Positions 59,865 through 64,000 of a stretch of 64,000 nucleotides of DNA are shown one piece after another. The stretch is from Acidobacteriota bacterium (GTDB lineage: Bacteria > Acidobacteriota > Vicinamibacteria > Vicinamibacterales > UBA2999): NCBI GenBank assembly GCA_016871195.1, contig VFZN01000002.1:196690-260689 (forward strand), given 5' to 3'. The position numbers and the translations under genes are program-made. The notes beneath the pieces are model-generated. The model saw nothing but the letters and a program-made list of their open reading frames with translations, made no database searches and was not told where the DNA came from. Each line of letters begins with the position of its first letter. Positions within the stretch are counted from its first letter, which is position 1.

Positions 59865-62792
59865 ATGCGTGTACGGCAATCTGCAAGTCTGGCGCTGGGT
59901 CTGTACCTGGCATTGTCAACACTTCCTGCGATGGCACAGACCGGCGCCGGCGGTCTGCGTGGGTTCGTTAAGGATGAATCGGGCGGTGTGCTGCCGGGCG
60001 TGACGGTGACGGCCACCGGCCCCGAGTTGATTCAGCCGGTCGTCGTCGTCACCGACGAGACCGGCCTGTATCGTTTAATCAACCTTCCTCCAGGCACGTT
60101 CACGATCGCGGCCGAACTGGCCGGCTTCACCACCACGCAGCGCGAGGGCATTCTCGTCCGCGCCGGCCAGACCTTCACGCTCGACATCCAGATGGGGCTG
60201 AGCACCCTGGCCGAGACGATCACCGTCTCCGGCGAGTCGCCGATGATCGAGACGACGAAGGCGACGACGTCGATCACTCTCGATCGTGATCTGATTCGCG
60301 CGGCGCCGATCAGTTCGCGGCGTGTATTCAGCGACGCGCTTGACCTGGCGCCGGGCATCTCGTCGCGGAATGTGGACGACGGCGTCGGCCGCCGCTCCTA
60401 CTACTTCAAGGGCGCGGTCATCTTCGCCCACGTCTTCACGCTCGAGGGCGCGCCGGCCGGCTCGTTCCTCGACTCCTCGGCGCACTCGATCGGTTTCGGG
60501 GGCGAGAACATCCAGGATACCGAGCTGAAGCTGGCGGGCGTCGATCCCGCCTCGCCGACCGGCACCGGCGTCGTCATGAACATCATGGCGCCGCGCGGCG
60601 GCAACCAGTTCCGGGGCGCCTTCATGTACGACTACCAGAGCATCGACTGGAACTCGGACAACACCAAGGGCGGCAGCGCGCCGGGCGGGCTGCCGACGAT
60701 CCAGTCGGTCAACCAGTTCGACGCCTCGCTCGGCGGGCCGATCATGCGGGACCGGATCTGGTTCTTCTCGTCCTTCCGGCGTGCCGATCTGGCCAACGGC
60801 ATCAGCCGGTCCGAGTTCAACGTCGACAACGTGCGGGCCAACGACCCGAACTTCCGCGACTTCAACAACTTCATGGAGAGCAACCAGCCGTTCGTGAAGG
60901 TCACCGCGCAGCTCAACTCCCGGCACGAGTTGACCGGTTTCTACCAGAATGACCGCTCGCGCTTCTCCAGCAACCGCGAACTCGACAACCGGCCGTACCT
61001 GTTCAACTCCACCGGCGGCGGTCTCTACCACGGCCGGGTCAACTCGGTGTGGACCAACCAGCTGACGACCTCGCTCGCCTACAACTACAACAACAAGCGC
61101 GGCAACGACGAGGACACCTATCGCGACCTGGTCATCACCGGGCCGCAGCGCGAGATTCACCAGAACGCGTTCACCCAGCAGGGCCTTCAGGTCGGCACCG
61201 GCTCGCTGGCCCGCTTCGACAACCCGGCCCAGATCGCGCTCTCGAAGTCGAACATGACGGTGATCCGCGGCGACCTCACCTACTACAAGACGGGTTGGAA
61301 GGGTGGCCACGAGTTCCGCACCGGCATCTGGTGGGCGCCCGAGCTGGTGCGCGAGACGACGACGCGATACCCGAACGGCGGCTTCTCGCTGCAGTTCGAT
61401 CGGTACACCAATGGCGTCGATCCGTCAGGCGGCTACACGACGTTCCGGCAGCAGTTCCGCTCGCCCGAACTCGTCCCAACCATCCGCGAACGCGACAAGG
61501 TGTTCGCCTTCTACGTCCAGGACGCCTGGACGCCGAGCTCGCGCCTGACTATCAATGGCGGCGTGCGTGTTGACGTCAATCGCCGCTTCGACGAACTGCT
61601 CCAGGTTCACCGCCAGAAGGCCACGATGGTGCAGCCGCGCGTCGGCGTGTCGTACCTGATTACCGACGACGCGCGCAATGTCATCCGCGCCAGTTACGGC
61701 CGCCTCGCCGAGCAGGTGAATGGCCGTGACTACATGGTGACTTTCAATACGCTGGGTGCAGTCGAAACCACCGACGTGTACATCGCTCCGGATGGCAGCC
61801 GGACCACGGTCGTGACACCGCCCACCCGCAGCATTGATCCGAGCGTGCTGTTCGACCCCAACCTGCACCAGCCGTTCGTCGACGAGATGTCGGTCGGCTA
61901 CAACAGGCAGTTGCCCGGACAGATCAGCGTTGGCGCCGCGTTCACCCATCGCCGCTACCAGGACAACTTCGCCGAGGTCGACATCAACGGCTTCTATCCT
62001 TCCGGGCCGTTCCAGCCGTTCGGCGGCTTCGGGCGGGTCGATCCGAATCAGGGCATCGTCACCCAGCAGACCAATAACGCCTGGACCGACGTCGTCGTCA
62101 ACGCCGCGGAGGTGACGTTCGCCAAGAACATGGCCAACAACTTCCAGCTCATCGGCAGCGCGACCTACCAGTGGCAGTTCCTGTCGGGCACGTGGAACCC
62201 GACGGACCCTGCCCGGTTCGTCCAGCCGGATGCCTTCGCCAACAACCGGGATCTGTCCCAGCAGCTCTTCGGCAATGGCGACGACAACACGCTGAACGGA
62301 GGCGGACGCGAATCTGGCGCTGCCTATCGACCGTTCTCGGTCCGCATCGGCGGACAGTGGAACGCGCCGTGGGGCATCAGCGTGGGCGGCAGCTACGTCA
62401 TCCAGGCTGGGGGGTTCGTCGGTCCGCTGCTGGTCCAGTTGCCCGCCACCGACCCTCAGGTCACTCAGTTCGGGCCGTCGACGGTTCGCCTCGCCAACGG
62501 TCGCACCCAGCCGAATCCGCTGGCTACGCGCCTGCGCTTTCAGGGGCCGACGCGCAGTGAGGGTCAGATCCGTAACGACGATGCGAAGTTCCTGCAGCTG
62601 AAAATCGGCCGGATCTTCCGTTTCGGGATGCGCAGCATCGAGCCGGCCGTCAACATCTTCAACGTCTTCAACAACAACGCGAACACGCAGTGGAACATCG
62701 GCGCCAACCAGATCTACAGCCCGAACTACCTGGCGCGGTTCAACCGGCATCCGCCCCGCTCGTTTCAGTTGTCGGCGGCGCTGAAGTTCTAG
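59865..62792 (+). CDS. CarboxypepD_reg-fronted TonB-dependent-receptor-like outer-membrane beta-barrel protein
   Basis: The signal peptide ends ..LPAMAQT. The CarboxypepD_reg block is GLRGFVKDESGGVLPGVTVTATG...TDETGLYRLINLPPGTFTI. The C-terminus is FQLSAALKF. Confidence 0.85.
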   Translation: MRVRQSASLALGLYLALSTLPAMAQTGAGGLRGFVKDESGGVLPGVTVTATGPELIQPVVVVTDETGLYRLINLPPGTFTIAAELAGFTTTQREGILVRAGQTFTLDIQMGLSTLAETITVSGESPMIETTKATTSITLDRDLIRAAPISSRRVFSDALDLAPGISSRNVDDGVGRRSYYFKGAVIFAHVFTLEGAPAGSFLDSSAHSIGFGGENIQDTELKLAGVDPASPTGTGVVMNIMAPRGGNQFRGAFMYDYQSIDWNSDNTKGGSAPGGLPTIQSVNQFDASLGGPIMRDRIWFFSSFRRADLANGISRSEFNVDNVRANDPNFRDFNNFMESNQPFVKVTAQLNSRHELTGFYQNDRSRFSSNRELDNRPYLFNSTGGGLYHGRVNSVWTNQLTTSLAYNYNNKRGNDEDTYRDLVITGPQREIHQNAFTQQGLQVGTGSLARFDNPAQIALSKSNMTVIRGDLTYYKTGWKGGHEFRTGIWWAPELVRETTTRYPNGGFSLQFDRYTNGVDPSGGYTTFRQQFRSPELVPTIRERDKVFAFYVQDAWTPSSRLTINGGVRVDVNRRFDELLQVHRQKATMVQPRVGVSYLITDDARNVIRASYGRLAEQVNGRDYMVTFNTLGAVETTDVYIAPDGSRTTVVTPPTRSIDPSVLFDPNLHQPFVDEMSVGYNRQLPGQISVGAAFTHRRYQDNFAEVDINGFYPSGPFQPFGGFGRVDPNQGIVTQQTNNAWTDVVVNAAEVTFAKNMANNFQLIGSATYQWQFLSGTWNPTDPARFVQPDAFANNRDLSQQLFGNGDDNTLNGGGRESGAAYRPFSVRIGGQWNAPWGISVGGSYVIQAGGFVGPLLVQLPATDPQVTQFGPSTVRLANGRTQPNPLATRLRFQGPTRSEGQIRNDDAKFLQLKIGRIFRFGMRSIEPAVNIFNVFNNNANTQWNIGANQIYSPNYLARFNRHPPRSFQLSAALKF

Positions 62793-62797
62793 TCGAG

Positions 62798-62826
62798 CCC
62801 GGGGCCCCGTCGAGGGGCCCCGGGCG
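62798..62826 (+). terminator. Perfect 12-bp GC hairpin 6 nt after the receptor stop
   Basis: GCCCGGGGCCCC-GTCGA-GGGGCCCCGGGC. Confidence 0.5.
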
Positions 62827-62894
62827 CGGTCCTACGAGGACAGTCGAAGTTCGCGCTTGCCGGTCCTGTGGCGTTTATGGTGCAGTAAGGTTCC

Positions 62895-64000
62895 ATGACT
62901 CGCGCGCATGACCGGCGTGCCCCCTCAGTGTCCCGGTCTGGTCCGGCGGCCGGCGCTGCGGCAGGCGGACGTAGGGCACTACTGCTCGGCGCAGCCGCGC
63001 TCATGGTTATCGGCAGCGGAGTCGCATGGTACCTCGGCAGACCAGACGGCGGAAGAGAGCCCCCTGGCGCCGGAAGTCCGGCGCGGGCGCCCGACATCCT
63101 GCTCATTACCCTGGACACCACACGGGCGGATCGGCTCGGCACTTATGGCTACGCGGCGGCCGCCACGCCGCGCCTTGATCAGCTCGCACGCCAGGGCGTG
63201 CGCTTCGAGCGGGCACTGTCCCCGGTGCCGCTCACATTGCCTGCGCACGCCAGCCTGATGACCGGACGTGAACCGTTCCGGCACGGAGTCCGCAACAACG
63301 GCCACTTCGTCCTGCCCGGCGACGTGCCGACGTTGGCCGAGGCGCTGACCGCGCGGGGCTATGACACGGCGGCGTTTGTCAGCGCGTTCGTGCTCGATCG
63401 ACGGTTCGGCCTCGCCCGCGGTTTCGGTCACTACGACGACGGGCTGGACGCCCCCGCGACCGGGGCCTTCGTATCGCTGGAGCTGGAGCGACGCGGCGAT
63501 CGCACCGTAGCTGCGGCCCGCGCCTGGCTGGACACGGCGACTCGACGCAATGGTCGCCGGCCGTACTTCGTCTGGGTGCACCTCTACGACGCCCACGAGC
63601 CCTACGCACCGCCGTCCCCGTTCCGCGAGCGCTTCGACGGTCGCTCATACGACGGTGAGCTCGCCTTTCAGGACGCCGTCGTCGGCGAACTGCTCGACGC
63701 CACGGGATTCGGAGGCGCCGCGTCGCCGCTTGTGGTGGTCGCCGGCGATCACGGCGAAAGTCTGGGTGAGCACGGCGAGAGCACCCACGGGCTGTTCGTT
63801 TATGATGCCGTCCTGCGCGTGCCGTTGATCGTCGCGTGGCCCGCTCGACTGCAGCCGGCGACCGTGTCGACCCCGGTCCGCCTGCTGGACCTCGCCCCGA
63901 CGATCCTCGATCTGGCCGGCGGACCCGGACTGGATGGGGCCGATGGCCTGACACTGCGCGGCCTGCTGGAGCCCCGTGGACAGGCCGACGAGCCGTCACC
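62895..64000 (+). CDS. Sulfatase-fold (alkaline-phosphatase superfamily) membrane-anchored protein, 5' part; continues past the window end
   Basis: Own translation from ATG 62895: MTRAHDRRAPS...ALLLGAAALMVIGSGVAWYL...PDILLITLDTTRADRLGTYGY..TPRLDQLARQGVRFERALSPVPLTLPAHASLMTGR...YFVWVHLYDAHEPY...VVVAGDHGESLGEHGESTHG...DLAPTILDLAG. The frame is open to the window end. It is absent from the ORF track because it has no stop. Confidence 0.8.
   Translation, partial: MTRAHDRRAPSVSRSGPAAGAAAGGRRALLLGAAALMVIGSGVAWYLGRPDGGREPPGAGSPARAPDILLITLDTTRADRLGTYGYAAAATPRLDQLARQGVRFERALSPVPLTLPAHASLMTGREPFRHGVRNNGHFVLPGDVPTLAEALTARGYDTAAFVSAFVLDRRFGLARGFGHYDDGLDAPATGAFVSLELERRGDRTVAAARAWLDTATRRNGRRPYFVWVHLYDAHEPYAPPSPFRERFDGRSYDGELAFQDAVVGELLDATGFGGAASPLVVVAGDHGESLGEHGESTHGLFVYDAVLRVPLIVAWPARLQPATVSTPVRLLDLAPTILDLAGGPGLDGADGLTLRGLLEPRGQADEPS

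Noticed and set aside
1-64000. Search for tRNA, rRNA, CRISPR, transposase, integrase, phage, toxin-antitoxin or known defence genes
   Set aside because: The longest intergenic stretches (5328-5503, 13427-13626, 24352-24586, 27628-27784, 58687-59864) show no tRNA-like cloverleaf or T-loop (GTTCGAATC-type) sequence. They show no repeat arrays and no recombinase or nuclease motifs. The window looks like core chromosome rather than a mobile or defence island.

Overview
High-GC (roughly two-thirds G+C by eye) chromosomal segment of a Gram-negative bacterium. Gene content points to Acidobacteriota (Vicinamibacteria-like) or Gemmatimonadota: a VWFA 'Acidobacterial-domain' type protein, three CarboxypepD_reg-fronted TonB-dependent-type outer-membrane receptors, and many Sec/Tat-exported hydrolases. 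This is inference from motif recognition, not a database search.

I support about 50 protein-coding genes. Two run off the window edges and are therefore missing from the ORF track. I saw no rRNA, tRNA, CRISPR array, transposase, integrase or phage genes.

Main content:
- A very dense set of secreted peptide and amide hydrolases: M28 x3, M14, M19, M20, M48, S9, S12 x2, GGT, amidohydrolase and FGase-type.
- A RegB/RegA redox two-component system next to a PCu(A)C-like protein and a Tat-signal MnSOD.
- A LytS/LytTR two-component pair.
- An abgT-centred seven-gene strand-cluster.
- pheA.

Most interesting observations:
1. A recurrent -10-like TAnnnT hexamer sits 6-9 nt upstream of at least 15 start codons. 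Two of these are perfect AT-rich palindromes that serve divergent gene pairs. This implies widespread leaderless transcription and it fixes several ambiguous gene starts.
2. A translationally coupled CHASE2 adenylate/guanylate cyclase, M48 protease and cNMP-binding MscS channel operon.
3. A proline-racemase-family protein that appears to lack both catalytic Cys residues, sitting divergent from an HDAC-like deacetylase overlapped by an ornithine-cyclodeaminase-family gene.
4. A TonB-dependent receptor with a His/Asp-rich loop encoded by a 12-nt tandem duplication.
5. A 1.2-kb non-coding gap holding two decayed alpha/beta-hydrolase gene remnants.

Many very long ORFs in the track are antisense or frame shadows typical of high-GC DNA and were rejected.
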